Below the pieces are notes generated by a model, which did not search any database, was not told where the DNA came from, and saw only the letters and a list, made by a program, of their open reading frames with translations. Made by a program: the position numbers and the translations under genes. Below are positions 15,943-26,047 of a stretch of 32,559 nucleotides of DNA, piece by piece. The stretch's first letter is position 1, and every line of letters starts with the position of its first letter. The stretch covers positions 1 to 32,559 of the forward strand of contig JARLHH010000173.1 in assembly GCA_031292335.1 (NCBI GenBank), read 5' to 3'. Origin of the DNA: Candidatus Limnocylindrales bacterium (GTDB lineage: Bacteria > Chloroflexota > Limnocylindria > Limnocylindrales > CSP1-4).

Positions 15943-16374
15943 TCAGGCCAGCGGTTCCGGCCGCTGGGCCTGGTGCGGGTGATCCGGGCCGGCGTAGATC
16001 TTGAGCTTGCGGAGCTGCTGGGCGCCGAGCCGGGTGTGGGGAACCATCCCCTTCACGGCCCGCCGCACGGCCTCCTCGGGACGGCGCTCCATCAGGTGAC
16101 CCAGCGTCTCTTCCTTGTACCCGCCGGGGTAGCCGCTGTGCCGGGCGTAGATCTTGGCGTCCAGCTTGTCGCGGCTGACGGCGACCTTGCCCGCGTTGAG
16201 CACGATCACGTGGTCGCCGCCGTCCAGGTTGGGCGTATAGGTCGGCTTGTGCTTGCCCACGAGGACGCGGGAGATCCGCGTCGCGAGCCGGCCGAGCGTC
16301 TCGTCCGTCGCGTCCACGACGTACCAGCGTCGCTCGATCTCCGCCTCCCGGAGCGTGTACGTCTTCGCGGTCAT
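15943..16374 (-). CDS. rplM: 50S ribosomal protein L13
   Basis: [22 protein letters not shown]...GKHKPTYTP is L13. ATG at 16374 overlaps the truA stop (ATGA). I rejected the longer ORF-track start at 16428. Confidence 0.95.
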   Translation of the reverse strand: MTAKTYTLREAEIERRWYVVDATDETLGRLATRISRVLVGKHKPTYTPNLDGGDHVIVLNAGKVAVSRDKLDAKIYARHSGYPGGYKEETLGHLMERRPEEAVRRAVKGMVPHTRLGAQQLRKLKIYAGPDHPHQAQRPEPLA

Positions 16375-17120
16375 GTGTCTCCGTTCATCTCCCCCGCGAC
16401 CCGTCCCATGACGACCCGCCGCAGGCACAGCCCCTTCGCCGGGGCAACCGCCCCGTGGAAGGCCGGCTGCCGCGACGCGAGCGCCACGGCCACCGTCGAT
16501 ACCTCGACCTCTCCGCGGCCCACCAGCAGGAGGGCCGCCACGATCCGCCGCACCATCTGCCGCAGGAAGGCATCCCCGCGAACGTCCACCGTCACGAGCC
16601 TGCCCTCCCGCCGCACCCGGACCCCGTGAAGAGTCCGGACCGGCTGGCGGTCCGCCGCCCCGAATGCCGAGAAGTCGTGCCGGCCCACAAGGGCCGACCC
16701 GGCCCGCGCCATCGCGGCGGTGTCGAGCGGGTCCCGCACCCCGAGCGCGAACCGCTCGCGGAGCGGGCTTCGCGGCCCGTTCCAGACGGTGTAGCGGTAC
16801 TCCCGGTACCGCGCCGCGTAGCGAGGGCGAAACCCGACCGGGGCCCGGCGAAGGCCGCGAACCGCGACATCCGCCGGCAGCAGCGCGTCGAGCGCCCTGC
16901 CGAGCTCCGTCACCGTGAGCCGCCCGGGCCAGCTGAATGCGATCACCTGGCCCGTTGCGTGCACCCCGGCGTCGGTGCGTCCCGCCGCGTCGACCCGGAC
17001 CCGGCGACCGCCGGAGAGGGTGCCGAGCGCGGCTTCGAGTTCTCCCTGGACCGTCCGGGCTCGCAGCTGGAGCTGGAACCCGGCGAAGTCCGTGCCGTCG
17101 TATTCGACCCGTGCGCGCAT
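16371..17120 (-). CDS. truA: tRNA pseudouridine(38-40) synthase TruA
   Basis: MRARVEYDGTDFAGFQLQ...AAGRTDAGVHATGQV carries the catalytic Asp motif RTDAGVH. The start is ATG 17120, with GTG 17126 as an alternative. The upstream part of ORF 16371..17381 overlaps rplQ and is Ser/Pro junk. Confidence 0.9.
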   Translation of the reverse strand: MRARVEYDGTDFAGFQLQLRARTVQGELEAALGTLSGGRRVRVDAAGRTDAGVHATGQVIAFSWPGRLTVTELGRALDALLPADVAVRGLRRAPVGFRPRYAARYREYRYTVWNGPRSPLRERFALGVRDPLDTAAMARAGSALVGRHDFSAFGAADRQPVRTLHGVRVRREGRLVTVDVRGDAFLRQMVRRIVAALLLVGRGEVEVSTVAVALASRQPAFHGAVAPAKGLCLRRVVMGRVAGEMNGDT

Positions 17121-17187
17121 CCGCACGAGGGCGCCCTCTCGGGCACCTGGCTCGTCGCCACCAGCGGCGACGCTTGACTGGCTCCGA

Positions 17188-17541
17188 TCAGAGGAGCTCG
17201 ATCTGGACGATCGGGGCCCTGTCACCGTTCCGGTTGCCGAGATGGGTGATCCGGGTGTACCCGGACGTCCGCTCGGCGTACTTCGGGGCGATCTCATCGA
17301 ACAGCTTCTTGATGACGAGGGGCTCGTCGGGGAGCTCGGCGACGACGGTTCGCCGCGCGGCAAGGTCACCCCGCTTGGCAAGCGTGATCATCCGCTCCAC
17401 CTGGGGGCGGATCTCCTTGGCCTTCGCCTCGGTGGTCATGACCTTCTCGTAGCGGAAGACCGACACGATCAGGTTCTTGTAGAGGGCGAGCCTCGGCCCC
17501 TGCATGCGGCCGAGCTTGCGGCCGCCGATCTGGTGGCGCAT
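17188..17541 (-). CDS. rplQ: 50S ribosomal protein L17
   Basis: MRHQIGGRKLGR....R.ALYKNL...TT..KAKE.RP.VE..ITLAK is the L17 signature. Confidence 0.97.
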   Translation of the reverse strand: MRHQIGGRKLGRMQGPRLALYKNLIVSVFRYEKVMTTEAKAKEIRPQVERMITLAKRGDLAARRTVVAELPDEPLVIKKLFDEIAPKYAERTSGYTRITHLGNRNGDRAPIVQIELL

Positions 17542-17544
17542 CGC

Positions 17545-18546
17545 TCAGACCTCCTCAGACTCGTCGGCGAACGGCTCGTCGCCATCGTCCTCGACGTCGG
17601 CGATCTCCGACGAGTCCGTCTCCGGGACGAGGAAGCCCCGCATCCGGAGCCGCTCCTTCATCTCGTCGAGCGACTTCTTGCCGAAGTTGCGCATGCGCAG
17701 CAGGTCGTCGTCGGTGAGCTGCAGCAGCTGGCCCACCTTGACGATGTTGTTGCGCTTCAGCGAGTTGTAGGCCCGCATCGGGAGGTCGAGCTCCTCGATC
17801 GGCATCTCGAGCATGTTCGCCGGGATCTGCGGGACCCCGCTCGCGGGGCTGGCCGCGATCGCCGCGGTGCCGACGTTGGCAAACAGCGAGAACTGGCGGA
17901 CGAGGATCTCGGCGGACTTGGCGAGCGCATCCTCCGGGCTGATGGTCCCGTCCGTCTCGATCTCGAGGGTCAGCTTGTCGTAGTTGGTCATCTGGCCCAC
18001 GCGGGTGTTCTCGACCGTGTAGTTGACCTTCCGCACCGGCGTGAAGATCGCGTCCACGGGGATGACCCCGATCGGCAGGCCCTCGGGGCGCTCGGCGGCC
18101 AGGTAGCCGACGCCCCGCTCGACGGTCAGGTCGATCTCGATCGTCACGTCATCGCTGTCGAGCGTCATGAGCACGAGGTCCGGGTTGATCACCTCGACGT
18201 CCGCCGACTCGACGATGTCCGCCGCGGTGACCCGGCCGGCTCCCGACTTGACCAGCTTGAGCTGGACCGGGTGGGCGGCGAAGCTCCGAAGGCGCAGCTT
18301 CTTGACGTTGAGGACGATCTGGGTCACGTCCTCCTTGACGCCGGGGATCGTGGTGAACTCGTGGAAGACGTCCCGGATCTGGATGGACGTGACCGCTGCG
18401 CCCTCGAGGGACGAGAGAAGGACACGGCGGAGCGCGTTGCCGAGGGTCACCCCGTAACCGGCGGGCAGCGGGCTGGCCTCGTATTTTGCGTACGAGCCCT
18501 GTTCGGCGACAGGCTCGATCTGGGTCGTGGCGTCGAGTTCGATCAT
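17545..18546 (-). CDS. rpoA: DNA-directed RNA polymerase subunit alpha
   Basis: Starts at MIELDATTQIEP (ATG 18546, downstream of the rpsD stop at 18557). It contains GYGVTLGNALRRVLLSS, the C-terminal-domain motif ELDLPMRAYNSLKRNNI, and an acidic C-terminal tail. Confidence 0.95.
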   Translation of the reverse strand: MIELDATTQIEPVAEQGSYAKYEASPLPAGYGVTLGNALRRVLLSSLEGAAVTSIQIRDVFHEFTTIPGVKEDVTQIVLNVKKLRLRSFAAHPVQLKLVKSGAGRVTAADIVESADVEVINPDLVLMTLDSDDVTIEIDLTVERGVGYLAAERPEGLPIGVIPVDAIFTPVRKVNYTVENTRVGQMTNYDKLTLEIETDGTISPEDALAKSAEILVRQFSLFANVGTAAIAASPASGVPQIPANMLEMPIEELDLPMRAYNSLKRNNIVKVGQLLQLTDDDLLRMRNFGKKSLDEMKERLRMRGFLVPETDSSEIADVEDDGDEPFADESEEV

Positions 18547-18556
18547 GGGGGCGGGG

Positions 18557-19183
18557 CTACCTCGAGTAGTACTCGACCACGAGCTGCTCGTTGAGCTCGA
18601 GCGGCATCTGGTCGCGGCGCGGGGCACTCATGATGGTGCCCGTGAAGGTGGCCGGGTCCAGGGACAGCCACTCGGGGACCTGCCCCGAGCGGAGCGCCTC
18701 GCTGACCGCCTTGAACGGCTCGCGCTCGCGCCGCGAAGGACGCACCTCGACCCGGTCGCCCGGCTTGCAGTGGTAGGACGGGACGTTGGTGGGACGGCCG
18801 TTGACGGCGAAGTGGCCGTGGGTCACGAGCTGGCGCGCGTGGTCACGGGACGCCGCGATGCCGAGCCGGAACACCACGTTGTCGAGCCGCAGCTCCAGGA
18901 TCCGGAGCAGGTTCTCGCCCGTCACGCCGGGGCGGGACTCAGCGTCCTCGAAGTAGTTGTGGAACTGGCGCTCCAGGACGCGATAGATGCGGCGGACCTT
19001 CTGCTTCTCGCGCAGCTGGAGGCCGTAGTCGCCGACCTTGCGGCGGCGGACGCCGTGCTGGCCGGGCGGCGAGGGGCGCCGCTCGAACGAGCACTTCTTG
19101 GTATAGCAGCGCGAGCCCTTCAGGAAGAGCTTGGCGCCTTCGCGGCGGCAGAGCCGGCAGACCGGTCCGGTGTATCGAGCCAT
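18557..19183 (-). CDS. rpsD: 30S ribosomal protein S4 (Cys4 zinc-finger form)
   Basis: MARYTGPVCRLCRREGAKLFLKGSRCYTKKC...LDNVVFRLG is S4. The four cysteines are C9, C12, C26 and C31. Confidence 0.97.
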   Translation of the reverse strand: MARYTGPVCRLCRREGAKLFLKGSRCYTKKCSFERRPSPPGQHGVRRRKVGDYGLQLREKQKVRRIYRVLERQFHNYFEDAESRPGVTGENLLRILELRLDNVVFRLGIAASRDHARQLVTHGHFAVNGRPTNVPSYHCKPGDRVEVRPSRREREPFKAVSEALRSGQVPEWLSLDPATFTGTIMSAPRRDQMPLELNEQLVVEYYSR

Positions 19184-19197
19184 GATGCTTCTCCCGG

Positions 19198-19593
19198 CTA
19201 CACGCGGCGCCGCTTGGGCGGGCGGCAGCCGTTGTGCGGGATGGGCGTCACGTCGGTGATCGCGGTCACCTCGAGGCCGGCGGTCTGGAGCGAGCGGATC
19301 GCCTGCTCACGACCGGCGCCGGGGCCTTTCACGTAGACCTCGACCTGGCGCATCCCGTGCTCCATCGCCTTCTTGGCGGCGGACTCGGCGGACAGCGCGG
19401 CGGCGTACGGCGTGCTCTTCCGGGAGCCCTTGAACCCGACGACCCCGGCCGATCCCCAGCTGACCACGGCACCGCCGAGGTCCGTGATGGTGACGATCGT
19501 GTTGTTGAAGGTCGCCTGGATGTGCACGTGCCCGACGGGCACGTTCTTGCGCTCCCGCCGGCGCTGCTTGGGTGCGCGCTTCCGATCGGCCAT
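19198..19593 (-). CDS. rpsK: 30S ribosomal protein S11
   Basis: [18 protein letters not shown]...[13 protein letters not shown]...[13 protein letters not shown] is S11. Confidence 0.97.
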   Translation of the reverse strand: MADRKRAPKQRRRERKNVPVGHVHIQATFNNTIVTITDLGGAVVSWGSAGVVGFKGSRKSTPYAAALSAESAAKKAMEHGMRQVEVYVKGPGAGREQAIRSLQTAGLEVTAITDVTPIPHNGCRPPKRRRV

Positions 19594-19611
19594 ACGTTCG
19601 GCTCGTCCCTC

Positions 19612-19983
19612 TTACTTCTTGCGCCGCGCGCCGACCGTCTTCTTCGGTCCGCGACGCTGGCGAGCGTTGGTCTTGGTGCGCTGGCCGCGGACCGGCAGGT
19701 TGCGCCGGTGCCGGAGGCCGCGATACGAGCCGATCTCGATGAGGCGCTTGATGTTCAGCGCCACCTCGCGGCGGAGGTCGCCCTCGACCTTGAACCGCCG
19801 GTCGATCAGCTCGCGCAACCGGGTGACCTGGTCCTCGGTGAGGTCCCGGACCCGGGTGTCGGGGTTGACGTTCGTCTGCTGGAGGATCTTCTGGCTGGTT
19901 GGCAGCCCGATCCCGTAGATGTAGGTCAGGGCGACCTCCACGCGCTTCTCGCGCGGGATGTCGACGCCAGAGATCCGTGCCAT
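19612..19983 (-). CDS. rpsM: 30S ribosomal protein S13
   Basis: [26 protein letters not shown]...[21 protein letters not shown] is S13. Confidence 0.97.
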   Translation of the reverse strand: MARISGVDIPREKRVEVALTYIYGIGLPTSQKILQQTNVNPDTRVRDLTEDQVTRLRELIDRRFKVEGDLRREVALNIKRLIEIGSYRGLRHRRNLPVRGQRTKTNARQRRGPKKTVGARRKK

Positions 19984-19987
19984 TCGA

Positions 19988-20101
19988 TCAGCCCTGCCGT
20001 TGCTTGTGCTTTGGATTGGCGCAGATGACCATCACGGTCCCGTGGCGGCGGATCACCTTGCAGTTGTCGCAACGGGCCTTCACCGAGGCTCGGACTTTCA
20101 A
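19988..20101 (-). CDS. rpmJ: 50S ribosomal protein L36 (zinc-binding C3H form)
   Basis: Not in the ORF track. I translated the reverse strand manually: [42 protein letters not shown], 37 aa. A GAAGGAAG Shine-Dalgarno lies 4 nt upstream. Its position between infA and rpsM is canonical. Confidence 0.93.
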   Translation of the reverse strand: MKVRASVKARCDNCKVIRRHGTVMVICANPKHKQRQG

Positions 20102-20127
20102 CGGTCTTCCTTCGCGCTTGGTGCCGG

Positions 20128-20346
20128 CTACTTCAGCCGGTACGTGATCCGACCCCGGGTGAGGTCGTACGGGGACAATTCGACGCGAACCCGGTCGCCC
20201 GGCAGGATCCGGATGAAGTTCATCCGGAGCTTCCCGCTGATATGGGCAAGAACGCGGTGGCCATTCTCCAGCTCGACGGCGAACATCGTGTTCGGCAGCG
20301 GCTCGAGGACGGTTCCCTCGACTTCGATTGCGTCCTTCTTGCCCAA
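20128..20346 (-). CDS. infA: Translation initiation factor IF-1
   Basis: This is the C-terminal 72 aa of ORF 20128..20724: (TTG)[74 protein letters not shown] at 20346 has a GGGAG 5 nt upstream. The upstream part of the ORF overlaps map and is junk. Confidence 0.93.
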   Translation of the reverse strand: MGKKDAIEVEGTVLEPLPNTMFAVELENGHRVLAHISGKLRMNFIRILPGDRVRVELSPYDLTRGRITYRLK

Positions 20347-20407
20347 CGTGCTCCCTGGTGCTCCTGCTCGCGGTCGCGCACCGACCCGAGCCGACACACG
20401 AACGTGA

Positions 20408-20436
20408 AGCGTATCAAGTTCGGCAGGTTCCGGCAA
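20408..20436 (-). promoter_or_regulatory. Candidate sigma-70/SigA-type promoter for infA-rpmJ-rpsM...
   Basis: On the minus strand the sequence reads TTGCCG (20436-20431), a 17-nt spacer, then TACGCT (20413-20408, fitting TAnnnT). It lies in the 106-nt map-infA gap, the largest gap in the ribosomal block. It would give a leader of roughly 55 nt. This is pattern match only. Confidence 0.35.
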
Positions 20437-20452
20437 GCGCCGGTCCCGCCGG

Positions 20453-21199
20453 CTATAGCCTGGTGAGGATCTCCGGGCCGTCCGCGGTGACGGCGATCGA
20501 GTCCTCGAAGTGGGCCGCGACCGAACCGTCGCGGGTGACAACCGTCCAGCCGTCGGCGAGCGTCTCGACGTCGGCACTCCCGAGGGTGAACATCGGCTCG
20601 ATCGCCAGGCAGATCCCCGGCGCCAGCTCGATCCCCTTCGTCTTGGTGCGGTAGTTCGGGACCTGCGGATCCTCGTGCATCTCGGTGCCGATTCCGTGTC
20701 CGACGTAGGGCCGGACCACTCCATATCCGCGCGGAAGGGCGACGTCCTCCACGGCCGCGGAGATGTCCCAGATCCGGTTGCCGGAGATCGCCGCGGCGAT
20801 CCCGGCCTCGAGGCCGAGCTGCGTGGTGGCCACGAGGTCGCGAACGGCCTGCGGGACCTCGCCCACGACGAATGTCCGGGCCGCGTCGCCGTGGTAGCCC
20901 TCGATGATGGCGCCGGCGTCGATCGAGACGACCTGCCCGTCGGCGATGGTCCGGTGGCCGGGAATCCCGTGGACGACCTCGCGGTCGATCGAGATGCAGA
21001 TCGAGGATGGGTAGCCGTTGTAGCCCTTGAACGAGGGCACTCCCCCGGCCTTCCGGATATGCTCCTCGGCGATCTCGTCGAGGTGCGCGGTCGAGACGCC
21101 GGGGCGCAGCGATTCCTCGACGAGGCCCAGCACCTCGGCGACGAGACGTCCCGCCCGGCGCATCACGGCGATCTCGGCGGTCGACCGGCGGACGATCAT
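20453..21199 (-). CDS. map: Type I methionine aminopeptidase
   Basis: 248 aa with the metal-ligand context SIDAGA...GYHGD...GHGIG...EPM. ATG at 21199 overlaps the adk stop (ATGA). Confidence 0.95.
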   Translation of the reverse strand: MIVRRSTAEIAVMRRAGRLVAEVLGLVEESLRPGVSTAHLDEIAEEHIRKAGGVPSFKGYNGYPSSICISIDREVVHGIPGHRTIADGQVVSIDAGAIIEGYHGDAARTFVVGEVPQAVRDLVATTQLGLEAGIAAAISGNRIWDISAAVEDVALPRGYGVVRPYVGHGIGTEMHEDPQVPNYRTKTKGIELAPGICLAIEPMFTLGSADVETLADGWTVVTRDGSVAAHFEDSIAVTADGPEILTRL

Positions 21200-21867
21200 G
21201 GGTGCGAGCGCCAGTAGGGGATCGGCTCGATCGCGTCGAGGAGGTCGCTCGTGACGGCGGCGATCGGGCGGCGTCCGTCCACGGTTCGGAGGAGGCCGGC
21301 CGCGCGGTAGTGCTCCACGACGTCGGCGAGGGCGCCGAGCTGCTTGTCGAGGCGCGCCTGGACGACCTCCGGACGGTCGTCGTCACGCTGGACCAGGGCC
21401 GAGCCGTCGATGTCGCAGACGCCCGGGACGCGCGGCGGGTACGCCGTCTCGTGGTAGGTGTGACCGGCCGCGCTGCACAGCCAACGCCCCGTGAGGCGCC
21501 GGAGCAGCTCGTCAGCCGGGACGTCGACGAGAAGCGCGGCATCGACCGCGGCGCCGCGGTCGGCCAGCGCCCGGTCCAGGGCGTCCGCCTGGGGGCGATT
21601 GCGGGGGAACCCGTCGAGGATCACGCCGCGCCCGGCGTCCGGCGCCTCCAGGCGCTCGAGAAGCATCCCGATGGTGATCTCGTCCGGGACGAGCTCACCG
21701 CGCTCCATGTACGCCTGGGCGGCGATCCCGAGCGGCGTGCCGTCCCGCGCTGCCGCCCGGAACAGGTCGCCCGTGGCGACCCTCGGCAGCGCGAGGTGTC
21801 GGGCCAGGACGTGCGCCTGGGTCCCCTTCCCGGCGCCCGGGGCGCCGAGCAGGACGAGGATCCTCAT
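21196..21867 (-). CDS. adk: Adenylate kinase (long lid; the Zn-binding Cys4 appears degenerate as C/A/C/D)
   Basis: MRILVLLGAPGAGKGTQA is the P-loop. The lid region reads RWLCSAAGHTYH...GVCDIDGSALVQRDDD, with only two of the four lid cysteines retained. Confidence 0.95.
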   Translation of the reverse strand: MRILVLLGAPGAGKGTQAHVLARHLALPRVATGDLFRAAARDGTPLGIAAQAYMERGELVPDEITIGMLLERLEAPDAGRGVILDGFPRNRPQADALDRALADRGAAVDAALLVDVPADELLRRLTGRWLCSAAGHTYHETAYPPRVPGVCDIDGSALVQRDDDRPEVVQARLDKQLGALADVVEHYRAAGLLRTVDGRRPIAAVTSDLLDAIEPIPYWRSHP

Positions 21868-21898
21868 CGAATCGCCCCCGTCCGCGACACCGGCGTCG

Positions 21899-23182
21899 TC
21901 ACCGGATGAACCCCTCGTAGTTGCGCATCATCAACTGCGCTTCGAGCTGCTTCATCGTCTCGACCACGACCGACACGACGATCAGGATGCTGGTGCCTCC
22001 CAGGGAGAGGCCGGACAGGCTTGGGATGAACGCCTGGAACACGAACGGCGCCACCGCCACGATCCCCAGGAACAGCGCCCCGGCGACCGTGATCCGGTTG
22101 ACCACGCGGGCCAGGTAGTCCTGGGTCGGCCGCCCCGGCCGGATGCCGGGTATGAAGCCGCCGTTCTTGCGGAGCTGCTCGGCGGTCTCGTCGGGCTTGA
22201 ACGTGAAGGCCGTGTAGAAGTACGTGAAGCCGACGGTGAGCAGGAAGTAAAGCGACCCGTAGACCACCAGGTTGGATGGCCCGAAGGTGTTCACGAAGAA
22301 CGTCGCGATATCCGCCACGACCGTCACCTGGCTCTGGGCGAAGTAGCCCGCGATCTGGCTGGGGAAGAGCAGGATGCTCACCGCAAAGATGATCGGGATG
22401 ACGCCCGCCTGGTTGACCCGGAGCGGCAGGAACGTGGTGCCGCCCTGGTACATCCGCCTGCCCCGGACGCGGCTCGCGTACTGGATGGGGATGCGCCGCT
22501 GACCCTCGGTGATGAACACGATCGCGCCGACCGCGAACACGGCGAAGACGGCGAAGATGGCGAGGGCGACGAAGTTGGGCGAATCGAGGAACGTCCCGAG
22601 CGCCTGTGGCACGCGACCGACGATCCCGGCGAAGATCACGAAGCTGATGCCGTTGCCAATCCCCTTCTCGGTGATCAGCTCGCCGATCCACATCAGCAGG
22701 ATCGAGCCGGCCGTCAGGCTGACGATCTGGGTCAGCGTCCCGAACGATGCGAGGTCGAAGGTCGTGTTGAGCACGCCGGCCTGGTTGAGGACCGCGAGGA
22801 AGCCGTAGCTCTGGAGGATCGCCAGCGGCACGGTGAGGTAGCGGGTGTACTGGTTGATCTTGTTGCGCCCGTACTCACCCTCGCGCTGGAGCGCGGTGAG
22901 GGCGGGTACCACGCCCGTCATCAACTGCATGATGATCGACGCGTTGATGTACGGGTTGACGCCCAGGCCGACCACGGAGAAGCGCGACAGGCCGCCGCCG
23001 GAGAACAGGTCGAGCAGGCCGAAGAGCGCGTTGCCGTTGAAGAACGCGGCCAGCTTCGTCGGGTCCGCCCCGGGAACCGGGACGTGGGCCAGCGCCCGGA
23101 ACACGATGAGGGCGCCGAGGACGAACAGGATGCGCCGCCGGATGTCCGGCGCGCGGAAGGCGTTGAGGATGGAGTCGAACAC
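21899..23182 (-). CDS. secY: Preprotein translocase subunit SecY
   Basis: 427 aa, polytopic. It contains PDIRRRILFVLGALIVFR...LGVNPYINASIIMQL...GGFIPGIRPG, which is SecY. Confidence 0.97.
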   Translation of the reverse strand: MFDSILNAFRAPDIRRRILFVLGALIVFRALAHVPVPGADPTKLAAFFNGNALFGLLDLFSGGGLSRFSVVGLGVNPYINASIIMQLMTGVVPALTALQREGEYGRNKINQYTRYLTVPLAILQSYGFLAVLNQAGVLNTTFDLASFGTLTQIVSLTAGSILLMWIGELITEKGIGNGISFVIFAGIVGRVPQALGTFLDSPNFVALAIFAVFAVFAVGAIVFITEGQRRIPIQYASRVRGRRMYQGGTTFLPLRVNQAGVIPIIFAVSILLFPSQIAGYFAQSQVTVVADIATFFVNTFGPSNLVVYGSLYFLLTVGFTYFYTAFTFKPDETAEQLRKNGGFIPGIRPGRPTQDYLARVVNRITVAGALFLGIVAVAPFVFQAFIPSLSGLSLGGTSILIVVSVVVETMKQLEAQLMMRNYEGFIR

Positions 23183-23194
23183 GGCGCTGCCGCG

Positions 23195-23752
23195 TCAGTC
23201 CGCGCCGGCCGCGGGCTCGACGCCGATCGCGGTGAGCAGGGAGGTCGGGACCTCGATGACCTGGACGGTGCCGCCGGCGGCCGTGATCTTCTCGCGGGCG
23301 CTCTTGGTGAACGCGTCGGCGACCACGAACATCGGGCGGCTCACGTCGCCCCCGCCGAGGATCTTGAGCGGCTTGTCGAGGGTGCGGACCAGTCCGGCCA
23401 TGCGCAGGAGCTCCTGGTTCACCGTGACCGGGGCCGGCGTGTCCCGCTTCGGCGCGCCGGGCAGGTCACCCTCGGGAAGACGCCCGAGCTCGATCGCGGC
23501 GCCGATGGCGCCCACGTTGACGACCTCGTATTCGATCCGGTTGAAGTTGCGGAAGCCATGCAGCTTCGGGATCCGGATGTGGATCGGCGTCTGGCCGCCC
23601 TCGAACCAGGCCGGGATCGAGCTGCCGGCCCGGGACTTCTGGCCCTTGGTGCCGCGGCCGGCGGTTTTGCCCTTGCCGGCAGCGATGCCCCGCCCCACGC
23701 GGGTCTTCGCCGTGTGCGCGCCTTCGGCCGGCCGCAGATCGTGCAGCTTCAT
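23195..23752 (-). CDS. rplO: 50S ribosomal protein L15
   Basis: [39 protein letters not shown] is L15. The protein is 185 aa and somewhat extended at the C-terminus. Confidence 0.95.
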   Translation of the reverse strand: MKLHDLRPAEGAHTAKTRVGRGIAAGKGKTAGRGTKGQKSRAGSSIPAWFEGGQTPIHIRIPKLHGFRNFNRIEYEVVNVGAIGAAIELGRLPEGDLPGAPKRDTPAPVTVNQELLRMAGLVRTLDKPLKILGGGDVSRPMFVVADAFTKSAREKITAAGGTVQVIEVPTSLLTAIGVEPAAGAD

Positions 23753-23958
23753 CGGGACTCCTCCGCCGCGAGCTCGGGGAGCTCCTCCACCTCGACGAGG
23801 AAGCGGACCGCGCGGACCATCCCGCGCGTCGCCTCGTTGTCCGGCACGACGACCGTGTCGCCGATCCGGTGAAGCCCGAGGGCCTTGATCGTCGCGCGGT
23901 TGCGGGCGATGTGGCTGATCGTGCTCTTGACCTGGGTCACCTTGAGCCTAGCGGCCAT
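23749..23958 (-). CDS. rpmD: 50S ribosomal protein L30
   Basis: This is the C-terminal 69 aa of ORF 23749..24441: [40 protein letters not shown] at 23958 overlaps the rpsE end by 11 nt, and the stop overlaps the rplO start by 4 nt. Confidence 0.92.
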   Translation of the reverse strand: MAARLKVTQVKSTISHIARNRATIKALGLHRIGDTVVVPDNEATRGMVRAVRFLVEVEELPELAAEESR

Positions 23959-24481
23959 CTGCAACCTCCGGCGCTGGCTGGCCGGCGACGAAGAGCCGGA
24001 CGGGCACGCCCCGGCGCGCCGAGATCTCCTCCGCGGACGAGAGGCCGCGCAGCGCCTCGATCGTGGCGCGCACGACGTTGACCGGGTTCGTGGATCCGTG
24101 GACCTTCGTAAGGATGTCCCGGATGCCGGCGGCCTCCACCACCGAGCGGACAGAGCCGCCGGCGATGACGCCGGTCCCCTGGGACGCGGGCTTGAGCAGG
24201 ACCCTGGCCGCCGCGTACTCCGCCCGCACCTCGTGCGGGATCGTGGTTCCCACGGTCGGGATCCGGATGAGGTTCTTCTTCGCGTCCTCGACGCCCTTGC
24301 GGATCGCCTCGGGCACCTCGCCGGCCTTGCCGAGCCCGGCACCCACGTGACCCTGGCCGTCGCCGACGATGACGACCGCCGAGAAGCTGAAGCGTCGGCC
24401 GCCCTTGACGACCTTGGCAACGCGGTTGATCTGGACGACACGCTCCTCGAGCGTGAGCTTGGCTGGATCGATCCTGGCCAC
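23948..24481 (-). CDS. rpsE: 30S ribosomal protein S5
   Basis: [39 protein letters not shown] is S5. Confidence 0.97.
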   Translation of the reverse strand: MARIDPAKLTLEERVVQINRVAKVVKGGRRFSFSAVVIVGDGQGHVGAGLGKAGEVPEAIRKGVEDAKKNLIRIPTVGTTIPHEVRAEYAAARVLLKPASQGTGVIAGGSVRSVVEAAGIRDILTKVHGSTNPVNVVRATIEALRGLSSAEEISARRGVPVRLFVAGQPAPEVADGR

Positions 24482-24497
24482 TGGCGGTCCTCTCCTC

Positions 24498-24860
24498 CTA
24501 GAAGTCGAGACCGGCTTCCCGCGCAGCGTCGGCGAGCGTCTTGACCCGGCCGTGGTAGCGATACCCGGCCCGGTCGAAGACGACCTGCGCGACGCCGGCG
24601 GTTCGGGCCCGCTCGGCGACCAGGCGTCCGACCACTTTCGCTTCGTCGACCTTCGTCTGCTTCCCGCCCTTGAGCTCCGGCTCGAGAGAGGATGCGGCGG
24701 CGAGGGTGCGACCGGCGCTGTCGTCGATCACCTGTGCATAGATGTGGTTGAGGCTGCGGTAGACCGCAAGGCGCGGCCGCGCGGACGTCCCCTCCAGTCG
24801 GAGGCGAATCCGCTCGTGCCGTTTCTGCCGGGCGGCGCCGCGCGTGGCGGCCTTCGTCAT
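24498..24860 (-). CDS. rplR: 50S ribosomal protein L18
   Basis: [20 protein letters not shown]...[26 protein letters not shown] is L18. Confidence 0.97.
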   Translation of the reverse strand: MTKAATRGAARQKRHERIRLRLEGTSARPRLAVYRSLNHIYAQVIDDSAGRTLAAASSLEPELKGGKQTKVDEAKVVGRLVAERARTAGVAQVVFDRAGYRYHGRVKTLADAAREAGLDF

Positions 24861-24876
24861 CGTGGTCGTCCTTCCG

Positions 24877-25428
24877 TTACTTCTTTCCGCCGATCTTGCC
24901 GGCCTTGCCGGCCTTGCGGCGGATCACCTCGCCGGCGTAGCGGACGCCCTTGCCCTTGTAGGGCTCGGGCTTCCGGGTTGCCCGGACGCGGGCGGCAACC
25001 TGGCCGACGAGCTCCTTGTCGATCCCGAGGACGGCCAGCTTGAGCGGGGTTTCCACCTCGAAGCTGATGCCGTCCGGGGGCACGATCTCGACGGGATGGC
25101 TGTACCCGAGGTTGAGCTGCAGCTTGTCCCCGATCTTCTGGGCGCGGTAGCCGACACCCGTGATCTCGAGGCCCTTCCGGTAGCCGTTCGTCACGCCCTC
25201 CACCATGTTGGCGACGAGCGTCCGGGTCAGCCCATGGAGCTGCTTATGCTGCTTGAGGTCCGACGGGCGGGTCACCAGGAGGCTGCCCTCGCTGGTTTCC
25301 ACCGTCATCGCCGCCGGCAGGGAGCGGGTCAGGGTCCCCCTGGGGCCCTTGACCGTGATGACCGGGCCATCGAGACGAACCTCGACTCCCGCTGGCACCA
25401 GGATCGGCTGACGGCCGATACGTGACAT
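24877..25428 (-). CDS. rplF: 50S ribosomal protein L6
   Basis: [17 protein letters not shown]...GYSHPV...[11 protein letters not shown] is L6. Confidence 0.97.
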   Translation of the reverse strand: MSRIGRQPILVPAGVEVRLDGPVITVKGPRGTLTRSLPAAMTVETSEGSLLVTRPSDLKQHKQLHGLTRTLVANMVEGVTNGYRKGLEITGVGYRAQKIGDKLQLNLGYSHPVEIVPPDGISFEVETPLKLAVLGIDKELVGQVAARVRATRKPEPYKGKGVRYAGEVIRRKAGKAGKIGGKK

Positions 25429-25439
25429 CGCCGTCCCCC

Positions 25440-25838
25440 CTACCAGACGTACGCGAGGACTTCGCCGCCGAGCTGGGCCTTGCGAGCCTGCGCGCCGGTC
25501 ATGATGCCCTGGCTGGTGCTGACGATGACGATGCCCAGGCCGCCCAGGACCCGGGGGATGTCGGTCTTCCGCGCGTAGACCCGGAGGCCGGGCTTGCTGA
25601 TGCGCTTGAGCCCGGAGACCACCGAGGCCTTGCCATCGACGTACTTGAGGTGAAGCGTGATGACGGGATGCACCCCGTCACGACCCTCGCTGAAGGAGGC
25701 GATGAAGCCCTCGTCGACGAGGATGCGGGCGATCTCGCGCTTCACCCGGGATGCCGGGACGACCACCTCGAGGTGGTGCGCCCGCGACGCGTTGCGGATC
25801 CGGGTGAGCATGTCGGCGATCGGATCGGAGACGTTCAT
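25440..25838 (-). CDS. rpsH: 30S ribosomal protein S8
   Basis: [13 protein letters not shown]...ISKPGLRVY......GGEVLAYVW is S8. Confidence 0.97.
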   Translation of the reverse strand: MNVSDPIADMLTRIRNASRAHHLEVVVPASRVKREIARILVDEGFIASFSEGRDGVHPVITLHLKYVDGKASVVSGLKRISKPGLRVYARKTDIPRVLGGLGIVIVSTSQGIMTGAQARKAQLGGEVLAYVW

Positions 25839-25845
25839 CGTCGGC

Positions 25846-26031
25846 TCACCAGCTCGACTTCGTCACGCCCGGAATCTCGCCCGCGAGGGCTCGCTCCCGG
25901 AAGCAGATTCGGCAGAGCGCAAACCGGCGCATGTACCCGCGGGGCCGGCCACACAACGTGCACCGGTGGTACCCCTGCACCTTGTGCCTGGGCGTTCGCT
26001 TTGCCTTGGCAATCAGCGATTTCTTGGCCAT
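25846..26031 (-). CDS. rpsN: 30S ribosomal protein S14, type Z (zinc-binding, 61 aa)
   Basis: [46 protein letters not shown]...W. The short form with CxxC...CxxC is present. Confidence 0.97.
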   Translation of the reverse strand: MAKKSLIAKAKRTPRHKVQGYHRCTLCGRPRGYMRRFALCRICFRERALAGEIPGVTKSSW

Positions 26032-26047
26032 GGTCCTCCTCCCCGCG

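Noticed and set aside
17121-17187. A possible terminator or attenuator between rplQ and truA: hairpin GTCGCC-accagc-GGCGAC at 17154-17171, and a GAGGGCGCCCTC palindrome at about 17127-17138.
   Set aside because: The stems are only 6 bp and have no U-tract. The palindrome lies at or next to the alternative truA GTG start (17126), just upstream of the chosen ATG (17120). This is too weak to call without transcript data.
21196-21867. The adenylate kinase lid as a structural zinc site.
   Set aside because: Only two of the four lid cysteine positions are retained (C..A ... C..D), so a Cys4 zinc site is unlikely. This is a common variant and not noteworthy on its own.
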